Shown here piece by piece: positions 11,581 through 24,229 of a stretch of DNA of 64,000 nt. The first letter of the stretch is position 1; every line of letters starts with the position of its first letter. The notes beneath the pieces were generated by a model. The model did no database searches. It saw only the letters and a program-made list of their open reading frames with translations, and was not told the DNA's origin. Source of the stretch: Octopus sinensis (taxonomy: Eukaryota); NCBI RefSeq assembly GCF_006345805.1, contig NC_043001.1, forward strand, positions 82,708,001 through 82,772,000, written 5' to 3'. The position numbers and the translations under genes were made by a program.

Positions 11581-11594
11581 CATTATCATCATCA

Positions 11595-11648
<54 letters not shown>

Positions 11649-11651
<3 letters not shown>

Positions 11652-12139
11652 GTAGTATATTTTTTATATCGTGCTTTCACTTCACTACCGAGCGCAGCTC
11701 TGTGTGCCTTGGGTATGTGCTGTAATATGTTGTGATGCTCTGATGGTTATTGTATGGAAAGTGTTCTGCGTAGGATGTGTGCAGTGCCTAGTAGTGCAAT
11801 TTTCTGTATGTCATATGTGTTTGTAAGTCCTGGTGTTTTTGTTATGTATTTGTCTGAATATTTTTTTATCATGCCTAATGCACCTATTATGATAGGAATT
11901 GTTTCTGTTTTTAGATTACACATTCTGGTTACCTCTATTTCCAGGTCTTTGTATTTGAAAGTTTCTCCATTTCTTTTAGAGACACGTTGTCATCCGCTGG
12001 TATTGATACATCAATTAGAAAACATTTTTTTTCTTCATGATTTCTGACAACTATATCTGGTCTGTTGGCCTTAATTTCTCTATCTGTGTGTATTGGCATA
12101 TCCCAGAGTATCGTTGCTTTCTCGTTTTCTGTGACCTTG
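11649..12139 (-). mobile_element. R4/Dong-clade LINE 3' fragment, family C
   Basis: KVTENEKATILWDMPIHTDREIKANRPDIVV...LIDVSIP...KYKDLEIE...IPIIIGALG...QKIALLGTAHILRRTLSIQ*, then a short 3'UTR and (TAA)n. Confidence 0.9.
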
Positions 12140-12146
12140 TTATTAC

Positions 12147-12218
<72 letters not shown>

Positions 12219-12231
12219 CATCATCACCATC

Positions 12232-12279
<48 letters not shown>

Positions 12280-12281
12280 GT

Positions 12282-13499
12282 CATTTACTTTTAATCTGCA
12301 TGTTTGATGCAGTCACTTGCCGGGGCACACCCAGCGCCCTAGGGCAAGTGAAGGTTAAGAGTTGTTGAAATATAGCTGAAAGCTTGGGGAGGGGAAGTAG
12401 AGAAATATCTCCATGTAATACAAACACAAACATTTACATTGATAGGGTTTTTCTAAGGATGTGGGCAGTACTTGTTAGCACAATCTTTTGGATTTCCTTG
12501 AGACATGGTTCTCCAGAGATATTGTCTAGGTGTTTCTGACATCCCTTTTTTATCATACCTAGGGCACCTACAATAACAGGAACAGTTTTTGTTTTAAGAT
12601 TCCACATCTTTTGTATTTCGATTTCCAGGTCCTTATATTTACTAAGTTTGTCAAATTCCTTTACAGATACATTTTTATCAGTGGGGACGCTGACCTCTAT
12701 TAGTCTGCAGGTATTTTCTTTCCTGTCTTTAACAATTATGTCTGGTCGATTAGCCTTGATTGTTCTGTCAGTGTTGACTGGAAAATCCCAGAGGATGGTG
12801 ACATTTTTACCTTCAACAACTGGCTGAGGATGGTGTTCATACCAGTTAGCAGGAGTGCCGAATTTGTAGTGTTTACATATCTTCCAATGTATATACTGTC
12901 CTACCCTATCGTGGCGATTTTTGTATTCGTTTGGGGTATCAGCACAGGACATGCCGAAACGAGATGGTCTATTGTTTCGTCAAATGTGTCGCAGAATCTG
13001 CATTTAGGGTCAGTACCGTTTCGGAGAACGTTAGCCTGGTAATTTCTGGTAAACAAGCTTTGATTTTGTGCTGCCAGTATGAAGCCTTCAGTCTCTGCTT
13101 TCAATCCAGAACTCTTCAGCCACTGATGGGTTGTTGCTTGGTCTACATCAGCATTTTGGCTTCGGAGAATATATTGTCCATGCAGGGGCTTCTGGCTCCA
13201 CCGCCTCTCAATTTGATTCTGCCCGTTCTTTTTTGCAGTCTGCTTGATTCGCTTTGCTGGCTTGGTAGCAGTGGTTTCCAGCTCTTCATCTGATTCCAGG
13301 TTAATGTCTAGTTCCCTTTCGAACTTATAAGCTTCCTTGACAATAGAATGCAGCTTTTTGCTGCTTTCGTGTTCGCACACAAGTCGCAGCATCCAGTCCT
13401 TTGTACTAGATAGGTATCTGTTCATTCCTACAGTAGAGGTCTTATAGCACAGCTCTAATTGCATCATTCCTCTCCCCCCGCTGCTTCTAGGTAGGTATA
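12282..13499 (-). mobile_element. R4/Dong-clade LINE 3' fragment, family B (about 1.2 kb)
   Basis: LYLPRSSGGRGMMQLE...LKAETEGFILAAQNQSL...CRFCDTFDETIDHLVSAC...RHDRVGQYIHW...NRPDII...LTSTAHILRKTLSM* (ORFs 12901-13467 and 12434-12952); (TAA)n on both sides. Confidence 0.93.
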
Positions 13500-13547
<48 letters not shown>

Positions 13548-13699
13548 TTTTTTTTCTTCTTACAAATTTGCTTCCATTTCTTGCCGAGTGTCTTCCTGAC
13601 TCATAGGGCAAAGAAACTCATAGTATACATTGGTAGGCCATTAAACCAAATTCAGTAGTTCGTTCATTTTTTTTTTTTTTTTTAAAGTTAAATTAAAAT

Positions 13700-14451
13700 A
13701 CATGAGCAGCAACAGTTCTCACATCGACAATGCTCTTCTCAATACGTGTGATGTACCAGTTAAGACAATCTTTTGCACTTCTGGCAGGGATCATTCTTGC
13801 AGGGATCATTCTCATATAATTTTCGGTTCCCTTCTTGATCATTCCTAGTGCTCCTACGATCACTGGTATTGTAACCGCCTTGAGATGCCACATTTTCTCA
13901 ATTTCAATGAGTAGGTCTTTATATTTTCTGAGCTTGTCAAACTCTTTCGCTGAGATATTATGATCACAGGGGATGCTCATGTCGATCAATAAGCAAACTT
14001 TATTGTTTTGGTCTTTCACACAACAATATCTGGTTTATTGGCCTTGATGGTTCGGTCTGTATGTACTGGAAAGTCCCACAGAATGGTTACATTTTCTCCT
14101 TCAGTTACAGCCTCAGGGTGGTGATTATACCACTTGTCGGCAGTTTTGATATTGTAATGCCGACTTATTAGCCAGTGGAGATATTGGCCAACTCTGTCAT
14201 GTCTTAATTTATACTCCACTGGTGCTAAGACTTTACATCCAGAGATTAGGTGGTCCACTGTTTCAATCATGTCGTTGCAGAATCGGCATTTTGGGTCTGC
14301 TCCATTTTTCATCACATTGGCCTGGTAGTTCCGGTTAATAGGCTTTGATCTTGAGCAGCCAGGATGAAACCTTCGCTCTCTGCTTTTAGCCCTGAGCTCC
14401 GTAGCCACTGATGGGTTTGCTTCTGGTCAACATCAGCTTGTTTGCTGCGGG
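13700..14451 (-). pseudogene. Zinc knuckle and restriction-like endonuclease of the R4/Dong element (several small indels)
   Basis: CRFCNDMIETVDHLISGC, RHDRVGQYLHW, NKPDIVV, LIDMSIP, KYKDLLIE, PVIVGALG distributed over shifted frames. Confidence 0.9.
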
Positions 14452-16146
14452 TCACATATTTGCCGTGCAGAGGTTTCTCCTCCCACCTATCAGCAATTGC
14501 TCGTGCGCTTTTTTCATTGCCATCATTTTCACCTTCTTTGCAACAATAGTTGCCGTACTTCCCTCGGGTTGTTCAGTTTGGGTATCCTGCACGAGATCAA
14601 TAGCAAATTTTTTGCTTTCCTTTATGATAGAATGAAGCTTCTTTCGTCTCTCGTGATTTTCCACGAGCTTTAGCATCCAGTCATTCGATATTTCGAGATA
14701 TTTGGCCAGTCCAATTGTGGTTGTTTTGTAAGCTAGTTCAAATTGGATCAGGCCTCGACCTCCTTGGGCTCTGGGAAGGTAAAGGCGGTCTACGTCTGCC
14801 TTTGGGTGGTGCATCCTATTACAACTCAGCAGCTTGCGTATTTTTCTATCTATATTCTTTACTTCACTCATATTCCAGTTCAACACATTGTAGCTATAAG
14901 TAACAACTGGAACTGCTAAGGAATTTATAGCTAACACCTTGTTACGTGCATTTAGTTCAGATTTCAGGACTGCACGAACTCTCCTATAACATTCCTTCCT
15001 GATTTTCTCTTTCATGCTTGCATGCTGAATACCAGAGCCTTCATTTATCCCTAAATATTTGTATGTTTGTTCTTGCTCAAGCTCTCTTATGACTGTGTCA
15101 ACATCTAACACGACTGAATTTGTGGTCTTCACTTTCCCTTTCTGGAAAGTGGCCTTGGCACACTTCTCAAGTCCAAACTCCATCCCGATGTCATCGCTGA
15201 ATGCTTTCACGGTGCGCAATAGGCCTTCAAGTTCATTATTGTCTTTACCGTAAAGTTTTAAGTCATCCATATAAAATAGATGGCTTATTTTTTTATTGGC
15301 AATTTTATACCCATACCCTGTTCTGTTTAATTCACTTGTAAGGGGTATTAGGGCTATGCAGAATATTAAAGGTGAAAGTGAGTCACCTTGAAAAATTCCA
15401 CAGTTGATGTTTATATTTTCTGAGGCAAGTACTCCATTAGAGTGGTATAATTGGAGATTCGTATTCCACAACGACATATTGTGCTTCAGGAAGTTTGAAA
15501 TCACAGGGGAAATTTTGAAGATGTCCAGCGATCTCAAGATCCATGGATGCGGTATACTGTCGAAGGCCTTTTTGTAGTCAATCCATGCGGTGCTGAGATT
15601 TCTGCGCTTGTTGTGACAGTTCTCAAGGATCATACGATTGATTAGCAGTTGATCTTTGCATCCGTAAGAGCCTCGGCGGCACCCTTTTTGTTCGATGGGG
15701 GAAATATCGTTCTTCTCCATGAATGAATATGTTTTCTCCGCCAGGATAGATGTTAGGATTTTATACGTGGTGGATAGACAGGTTATAGGCCGATAGTTTT
15801 TTGGAAGGTTGGTTTCGTTATTCTTTGGGAGTAGGTAAGTAATGCCACTTGCTAACCATTCAGGTGTTTTCTTTGGGTCTATCATAATTCCATTGAGCAG
15901 CTGAACTAGCTTACCGTGTGCGCATGGGAGCGATGCCAGCCAGAAATTCGGCACCCTATCTTTACCGGGGGATTTCCAATTATGGGCCTTCGTGAGTGCC
16001 TTTCTTAGGTCTGCTATTGTGATGTCTTCCCATGCTTGTTGTAAATTTTGGTAGGATCCTTCAGTTTGTATAATCCAGTCTGCATTTATGTTGTACGTCT
16101 TCTTGTCACTCCAAATCCTTTTCCAAAAGTTTTGAACTTCTTCCAT
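14452..16146 (-). CDS. Reverse transcriptase of the R4/Dong element
   Basis: KSPGKD..PNFW, NYRPITCL.T.YK, EQKG, WIDYKKAFDS.PH.W, GIFQGDSLSPLIF, HLFYMDDLKLY, FGLEKC, YKYLG, LYLPR..GGRGL. Confidence 0.95.
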   Translation of the reverse strand: MEEVQNFWKRIWSDKKTYNINADWIIQTEGSYQNLQQAWEDITIADLRKALTKAHNWKSPGKDRVPNFWLASLPCAHGKLVQLLNGIMIDPKKTPEWLASGITYLLPKNNETNLPKNYRPITCLSTTYKILTSILAEKTYSFMEKNDISPIEQKGCRRGSYGCKDQLLINRMILENCHNKRRNLSTAWIDYKKAFDSIPHPWILRSLDIFKISPVISNFLKHNMSLWNTNLQLYHSNGVLASENININCGIFQGDSLSPLIFCIALIPLTSELNRTGYGYKIANKKISHLFYMDDLKLYGKDNNELEGLLRTVKAFSDDIGMEFGLEKCAKATFQKGKVKTTNSVVLDVDTVIRELEQEQTYKYLGINEGSGIQHASMKEKIRKECYRRVRAVLKSELNARNKVLAINSLAVPVVTYSYNVLNWNMSEVKNIDRKIRKLLSCNRMHHPKADVDRLYLPRAQGGRGLIQFELAYKTTTIGLAKYLEISNDWMLKLVENHERRKKLHSIIKESKKFAIDLVQDTQTEQPEGSTATIVAKKVKMMAMKKAHEQLLIGGRRNLCTANM

Positions 16147-17408
16147 GGGAGGGGGGGGTCTTTAACGGTTACTTTCTCCTTCCCTATTTCTCTGCAGAAT
16201 TTTTTGGCATTGGATGTGAACAGCTTATTTTGCTTGTAAAACTTGTTTCTCTTCTCAAATCTTCGTATTCTTTGGGCTTTTGCTTGGACTTTTTGTTTCA
16301 GCGTTTCTTTTATTGATATCAGTTCTTCTCTTGGTGAGGATCCAAATTTTCTCTTCATCTTTCTTCCTGTTCTGGATCTTACATCATTTCCACATATTAG
16401 TTCATTTAATATTGATATTTCCCCTCTCATAAATTCAATCTCTTTTTCAATTTTACTTCTCCAGGTTTGATTTCTTCCCAGGTTTTGTTTTCTTTGTTTT
16501 TTCGGGGGCATACAGCTGGTTTCAATTGCCCTAGCAGAAGCGTAAATAATTTCATTTAACTCAGTAAAATCAGGTTTTAATTCTCGTATTATTTCATTTG
16601 TTACATAGTTGCCAATTTGGATTTGTTTTTTATTTTGGTTTGTATTTGAGAGTTTATGAAGCGGTTCTCTATCATTCATACTTGTATGTCTTACAACTTC
16701 AAGCGTATTCAGGATTTTCTGCCTCATTTCTGCCATAGACTCTCTGTGTTCTTCAGCAAATGCGAGATCTTCAGTTACTGTTGTTTTTTCGTTTTTCTGG
16801 CTATCTTTAACAGGTACAATATAATTTCTTGTATCTTCAGGCCTTTGCGTACTTTGGTCAGATGGCAGTCTTTCAATTAAGCCTCGTGGTGGGCTATACT
16901 GTTCATCTGATTCTTCATTTCCTTTGTGTCTTATATTTATGTCATTTTCCGTTGCGTGCTTGAACGCACTTATTTCACTGTCTGTGAGTCTGTTATTTCT
17001 AAGGATATCCCTCCTCACATTTGCTAATTTGTTCTCGCCCAAATAGGGCCTACTGTCTTGATTCCGTGTTCTCCATATACTGTAAGAGTTTGCGGTGTGT
17101 CTCTCTTGAGATGGCCTACCTAATGCATAGTAATAAGCGTATATTACTTCTTTATACTCTTCTCGGGTCCATTTGTTCCGCTTACATTTTTCTTTCTGTG
17201 GTGGTTGTGGTGGTGAACTTGGAGGGCTCGAGTTGGGGGATTTCCCGTTCAAGTGACCATCCATGTCCGTATTCGGAGAAGAGTTTGTGCCAGTTGATGA
17301 CTTTTCGATCCCAGGCTGGCTCTTCCCTGGGGGACGCGCTTCCAGATTAACCATAGGACAAGCGATTTGGTATACTGATTTAGTTTTCCTTTTAGTTTCC
17401 AAAAACAT
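16140..17408 (-). CDS. N-terminal part of the R4/Dong ORF (putative Myb-like DNA-binding region)
   Basis: RNKWTREEYKEVIYAYY...YSIWRTRN...NKLANVRRDILRNNRLTDSEI and later W..KIEKEI...R; open for over 400 codons, frameshift at the G-run near 16150. Confidence 0.85.
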
Positions 17409-17994
17409 TTTGGTGCTACGATAATGTTATCATTTTTTAGCTTTGATTGGCTCGTGGGGAGACGGCCATCATTGCCGTTACAATTATAATCGTACCATCA
17501 TAGCAGCCGTAGTCGGCTTATTATTGTTATTATCATCACCATTACCATCACTATCATCATTATCACCACCATTACCATCATCATTATCATCATCACCATC
17601 ACCATCACCACCATCATCATCAATGATATTGTTTTATGTGTAGTCACAGCAGTATCTTATTATTGTTATTTTTGTTTTTTTATCATTATCACCATCACAG
17701 TAGTGTCTGTCTGTCTCGTTGGCTGGCTTGGTGGTTGGCTGGCTGACTGTCTTCAACACCAGAGTTCTTGCCTGTCAAATAATACTTTCTTCGTGTTGGT
17801 TGAACTCTTTGAGTGTGTGTGTGTGTGTAGATAGATAGATAGATTATCAGCACTATTACTATCATTATTATCATCATCACCATCATCACCATCACCATCA
17901 GTGATATTTTTTTCTTTTTTTTTTTTTTAGGTGGGGTTCTGTCGGTCAAAAAAAGTTCAGATGTTTACTACTATTAGGCTTAAGAAAAATTAAG

Positions 17995-19155
17995 GAAGGG
18001 CTGTTCTGTATTGTTTGTGAATAGAGAAGTTGTGTTCGACCAGAGAGAATCTTAGCATCATCATTTTTTTCTTTTTTTTCCATGTGCGTTTGTGTTATTG
18101 CAATAAAAAGTGTTTGTATATTTCCTGTAAGGTAATATTGTGGAGGTTGAAGTTGACTTTTCTAGAGATGTTTGTATGTCCAGTTAGAAGAACAGGTGTG
18201 TTTTTACAATAAAAAGTATATGTTTACATTTATATTTGAATATTCAGGGAGGAAGCAAAGAAAAGTCAGATTTTCATAGAAAGTTTTAGGGTTTTGTAAG
18301 TCCACAAAAAGAAAAGCGTGATGTTTTTAGAGAGAAGAAAAAAAAAAAAAAGGATGTTTACAGAGGCAATTGTGGGTATCAAAGTTTTTAAAGCTGGTCG
18401 AATGTATGATTGAAAACTGTAGACATGTAAATTTGTAAATTTTCTTAACTTATTTTGAAGGGCTGTTCTGTATTATTTGTGAATAGAGAAGCTGTGTTCG
18501 ACCAGAGAGAATCTTAGCATCATTATTTTTTCCATGTGCGTTTGTGTTATTGCAATAAAAAGTGTTTGTATATTTCGTGCTTATTTTGAAGGGCTGTTCT
18601 GTATTATTTGTGAATAGAAAGCTGTGTTCGACCAGAGAGAATCTTAGCATCATTATTTTTTCCATGTGCGTTTGTGTTATTGCAATAAAAAGTGTTTGTA
18701 TATTTCGTGCTTATTTTGAAGGGCTGTTCTGTATTATTTGTGAATAGAAAGCTGTGTTCGACCAGAGAGAATCTTAGCATCATTATTTTTTCCATGTGCG
18801 TTTGTGTTATTGCAATAAAAAGTGTTTGTATATTTCGTGCAAGGTAATATTGTGGAGGTTGAAGTTGATCCCTCTAGAGATGTTTGTATGTCCAGTTAGA
18901 AGAACAGGTGTGTTTTTGCAATAAAGAGTATATGTTTACATTTATATTTGAATATTCTGGGAGGAAGCAAAGAAAAGTCAGATTTTCATAGAAAGTTTTA
19001 GGGTTTTGCAAGTCCACAAAAAGAAAAGCGTGATGTTTTTAGAGAGAAGAAAAAAAAAGGGGGTTTACAGAGGCAGTTGTGGGTATTAAAGCTTTTAAAG
19101 CCGATCGGATGTATGTTTGAAAGCTGCAGATATGTAAATTTGTAAATTTCTTAAC
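17995..19155. repeat. About 460 bp tandem duplication; first 130 bp triplicated in the second copy
   Basis: Long copies at 17995-18449 and about 18711-19155; 130 bp units start at 18450, 18581 and 18711 (TTATTTTGAAGGGCTGTTCTGTATT...TATTTCGTGC). Confidence 0.9.
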
Positions 19156-19235
19156 CCACTTTGAAGAGAATTTCAAATACTCACGAGGTATTGTAGATGT
19201 TCCAGTCTTTGAGAGTTATTTTTCCCCGTTGCTAA

Positions 19236-19294
<59 letters not shown>

Positions 19295-19302
19295 CATCAT
19301 CA

Positions 19303-19368
<66 letters not shown>

Positions 19369-19369
<1 letters not shown>

Positions 19370-19590
19370 GGCGGCAAGTTGGCAGAATCGCTAGCACGCC
19401 GCACAAAATTCTTCGCAGCGTTTCGTCTGTCGCTACGTTCTGAGTTCAAATCCCGCCGAGATCCACTTTGCCTTTCATTCTTCTTTCGGGGTCGATAAAA
19501 TAAGTACTAGTTGAACAGTGGGGATCAATGTAATCGACTTAGCTCCTCCCACGTACTTGCTGGACTTGTGCGAAAGCTTGAACTCATTAT
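19369..19590 (+). mobile_element. SINE family A, diverged, adjacent to (ATT)n
   Basis: AGGCGGCAAGTTGGCAGAATCGCTAGCACGCC...GAGTTCAAATCCCGCCGAG...TTCGGGGTCGATAAAATAAGTAC. Confidence 0.85.
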
Positions 19591-21192
19591 TAATGCTGAC
19601 GAAGAGTGCATGCAAAAACAACAACCACAACAACACTAATAACAACGGCAAAAATAACATATTTTGAGTCAAGGTGCATCGTCGACAACGAATACAACCA
19701 CAAACAACAATAATTATTGGGGAGGAAGTGATGATGGAAACAAACCGGAAAAAATGATCATCTCCATCATCAGCGTCATCATCGTCATCATTATCGTCAT
19801 CGTCCTCCTCCTCCTCATTATCATCGGCACCATCATCATCATCATCATTATCATCATCATCATCATCACCAACATCATCACCACCACCACCACCACCAAC
19901 AACAACAACATCATCATCATCATCATCATCATTGTTTTTGATTATGCTCAAATAAATATTGTTCATTGTAGTAACTGAACTATTTCAAAATGTGCATGCA
20001 TACATGTATGTATGTATGTATGTATGTATGTATGTATGTATGTAGGTATGTATGTATGTATGTATATGTTTGTATATGTGCGCGTGTACCTGTGTGCGTG
20101 CATGTAAGCATTTAAATTAGAAATAATAACTTGAGGTTGTACACAGAAAGAAAAACTGGTCAAGGAAATCAGGAAAAACTGTTGTAATAAAAGATCTACT
20201 TCATTAAGTATGACACCGTATGTTCAGAAAAATCTAGAAGGATATGTTATTACAGCCATGTTCACAAACAGACTCAATGAAAGAGCATCTAAATTATATT
20301 CAGTAATATATAATGCACTGTGCAGTGTATATATACAATGTATGAAATGTATATTATGGATAAGTGCTGCAAATATGTGTCATCATAAAAAATTGCAAGA
20401 TATTTCATACGGTAACTCACTTATACTAACCACAGAAAATATATGCATTGAACATATATTGAATAAAATTTGTATATCGTGATGTGAAGAGCTATAAAGT
20501 TTATATGTCAAAATGATACTGATATTACATGCGTATACAAAATATGCATAATTATTCTACATTGACAGAATATAATATTTTTTGAAAATGAAGTTTGATC
20601 ATAACCTATCCTTGTAACATAGGATGCGTTATAGAACGTCTTTATCAAGTATGCGGAAAGTCTGTCAATGCAGTTATTTATTATCAAATTCCAAAATATT
20701 TGATTAAAAATATCATAATTTTTGACGATGCAGCTATAATAGTATAATGTAATTTGCGTTTCATAAGTTTCTAAAAATAAAAAAATCATAATTTTCCATA
20801 TTTAAGGAGAGTCCTCACAAGTTCTTATTTACATGAAATTCATCGCTGGTATTAAAAAGGTTTCCTGCTATTGGCATTGATAAAGGCTCCCCCCGTTAGC
20901 TTAAAGTAGTATCTAAGTTTGTTTAGTAATGTTTTAATATTAAAAAAAAATATAAGTTGATATGTATATACAGAGACATACATCCACACACATACACACA
21001 CACACATACATATATAATACATACATACATACTCATACTATATAGAAATATATATACTAATATACATATATACACACACTTATAACTTCTTATACATTAT
21101 AGATGTTAATATATATACATATGCATATACATACATACACAAAAACGCATATATGCATATATATATATATTATATATATATATATGTATATG

Positions 21193-21224
<32 letters not shown>

Positions 21225-21263
21225 CATATATACACACACACATATACATATATATACATATAT

Positions 21264-21294
<31 letters not shown>

Positions 21295-21607
21295 CATACA
21301 CACACACACACACACGCGCGCGCGCATATATATATATATATATATATGCGCTGTGGCCCTAGATTCCATATCTATGTCTAGAATCTGTTTTTTATTTCTC
21401 ACCTTTAACACTCACACACAAATCATACGCATACACGGGAAACATAGATGCACACAGACACGCACAAATATATTTTTTTATATTGGATAATAATGCGTAT
21501 AGATAAATTGGTAGATAAATGGAAGGAGATATAGCACACGCATACACACACATACACACACACATATACATGTATCAATGTATATTTATATATATGTATA
21601 AATATAT

Positions 21608-21693
<86 letters not shown>

Positions 21694-22117
21694 TATTATA
21701 TATATATATAATATATATATTATATATATATATTATTATATATACATATATATATATATAGAGAGAGAGAGAGTGAGAGAGGTAGATATATGTATATGTA
21801 TATGTATGTATGTATCTATTTATCTACATGCATATGTGTATGTGTGTGTGTGTATGTGTCTGTTGAAATTGGCTTATTCAAAGTGTCATTTAAGTTCTAA
21901 TTTGATTTCGTGAAATTTACACATGCATAGACATAGACACGCGCACGCACACACACATGCACACACAAACACGCACGCACAGGCACATGCATTCACACAC
22001 ATACGCACATATGCATATATATATATATGTAAAATATATATGCACATATATATATGCATATGTATATGTGTGTATATATTTGTATATACATACATGCATA
22101 CATATATATATACATAC

Positions 22118-22205
<88 letters not shown>

Positions 22206-22850
22206 TGTGTGTGTACATTTATAAACATACATATACACACATGCGTGCACGAGCACAAACACACACATATCTAATCGCAGACATTTGCACAAATACATGC
22301 ATACATATATACATATATACAAGCCCGTATACAACCATAGAAACATCTATACACACATAGAGGCATACATACATATATGTGTATGCTTGTCTTTGTGCGC
22401 ATATATATATGTGTGTGTGAGTGTGTGTGTATGTACTGCGTATGTGTTTGTTGATGTTTGCGTTTGTAAATATACACACATATGCACACACACAACTATA
22501 CACGCATAAACACACACACACAAGTCGCACATATATCCATTTATATACATACATATATTCATACACACACACATATATATGTATGTATATATATATATAT
22601 ATATACACATATATATATGTGTGTGTGTATGTATATATATACATACATACACACATACATACACACATACATACATGCACACATACAAACACAAACATAC
22701 ACACACACACACAAACGTATATATATACCTTATATAAACATTCAAACATTTAAATATTTAAGTCCATATAGATAAAGCAAGCTAAACTACCGTTTGGCAT
22801 GATATACTGGTAATGCACATATTAACGTAATATTACGAATGTGTGTGTGT

Positions 22851-22900
<50 letters not shown>

Positions 22901-23102
22901 TCAATGTGTTTGTGTGTGCGCGTGTGCTGAAGGAAGCTTTTGAAAACTGTTGAAATAAACATCATTAATTTGATTAGTCTGTTCCAATTTTTGATAGTGT
23001 GAAATATCGATATTGAATGTCATTTCATTTAACCTCTGTTTGGATATAACCACCATAGAATGTGTCTGTTACGCGTTGTCTCTCTCTCTCTCTCTCTCTC
23101 AT

Positions 23103-23163
<61 letters not shown>

Positions 23164-23189
23164 GTCTGTCAGTCTATTTCTCTAGCTGT

Positions 23190-23250
<61 letters not shown>

Positions 23251-23253
<3 letters not shown>

Positions 23254-23427
23254 ATTTATTATTTTTTGTTCTTTTCTTCTCTTTTACGATCCCTCTTGAT
23301 CGAAAACCTACGCCACCCCCCTTTTTATTGTTTCTTTTGTTTTTTGTTTTTTTCATCCCCCAAAAGAAAAGCTCTACCTTGTAACTTGTCCCATCTGTGT
23401 GCAGCCCTGTGTGGCCAATAAATAAAC

Positions 23428-23509
<82 letters not shown>

Positions 23510-23707
23510 CTATCTATCTATCTATCTATCTATATTTATTATTTTTTGTTCTTTTCTTCTCTTTTACGATCCCTCTTGATCGAAAACCTACGCCACCCCC
23601 CTTTTTATTGTTTCTTTTGTTTTTTGTTTTTTTCATCCCCCAAAAGAAAAGCTCTACCTTGTAACTTGTCCCATCTGTGTGCAGCCCTGTGTGGCCAATA
23701 AATAAAC

Positions 23708-23710
<3 letters not shown>
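23251..23710 (+). repeat. Two identical 180 bp units (period 280) embedded in (TCTA)n; resembles a LINE 3' end
   Basis: 23251-23430 equals 23531-23710; each ends TTGTAACTTGTCC...TGTGCAGCCCTGTGTGGCCAATAAATAAACTTA and runs into (TCTA)n. Confidence 0.85.
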
Positions 23711-23795
<85 letters not shown>

Positions 23796-23931
23796 ATGTG
23801 TGTCCGTCGGTCTCTCTGTCTCGGTCCGTCTGTCTGCTTGTCTATCTGTGTCTCTACCTGTATGTATGCTTGTCTTCTTACCTGATTGTCTGTCTGCCTG
23901 CCTGTCTATCTTTGTGTCAGTCAGTCTCTCT

Positions 23932-23977
<46 letters not shown>

Positions 23978-24229
23978 AGCTAATTCTTCATTAAAACATT
24001 TTATTGTGACATAGCATCATACAATTAGGCATATACATATTTATACGTTGCATTGAATCCCTCAAATTTTCAGGTTCTACCAAAATTTAAACAGACAAAT
24101 ATACCACTATATTGAGGTACATAAAAGATACATAAAAAAGGAAACGGAAAATACACTACTAATTTCAATATTTATTCAAAATATTCGTATATTTCCCCTT
24201 AAAGACCGTAAATTTAACGCTTATCTTAT

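Larger units (their letters stand above)
13546..17470 (-). mobile_element. Near full-length R4/Dong-clade non-LTR retrotransposon, family A (about 3.9 kb)
   Basis: Single-ORF layout of N-terminal domain, RT, CCHC knuckle and PD-(D/E)xK REL, then 3'UTR, A-run and (TAA)n. The 5' boundary is approximate. Confidence 0.95.

Noticed and set aside
11246-11735. Poly-N/poly-L/poly-Y/poly-H ORFs, also at 19.2, 28.6 and 51.5 kb
   Set aside because: They are trinucleotide microsatellites open in several frames; here they are the spacers between LINE copies.
20508-20789. 93 aa minus-strand ORF in unique AT-rich DNA
   Set aside because: Composition is typical of random AT-rich sequence; no motif.
21090-22775. 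Many 60-170 aa ORFs (YI/CV/HT repeats), also at 25.6-26.0, 36.6-38.2 and 58.9-59.4 kb
   Set aside because: These are translations of (TA)n, (CA)n and (TACA)n microsatellites.
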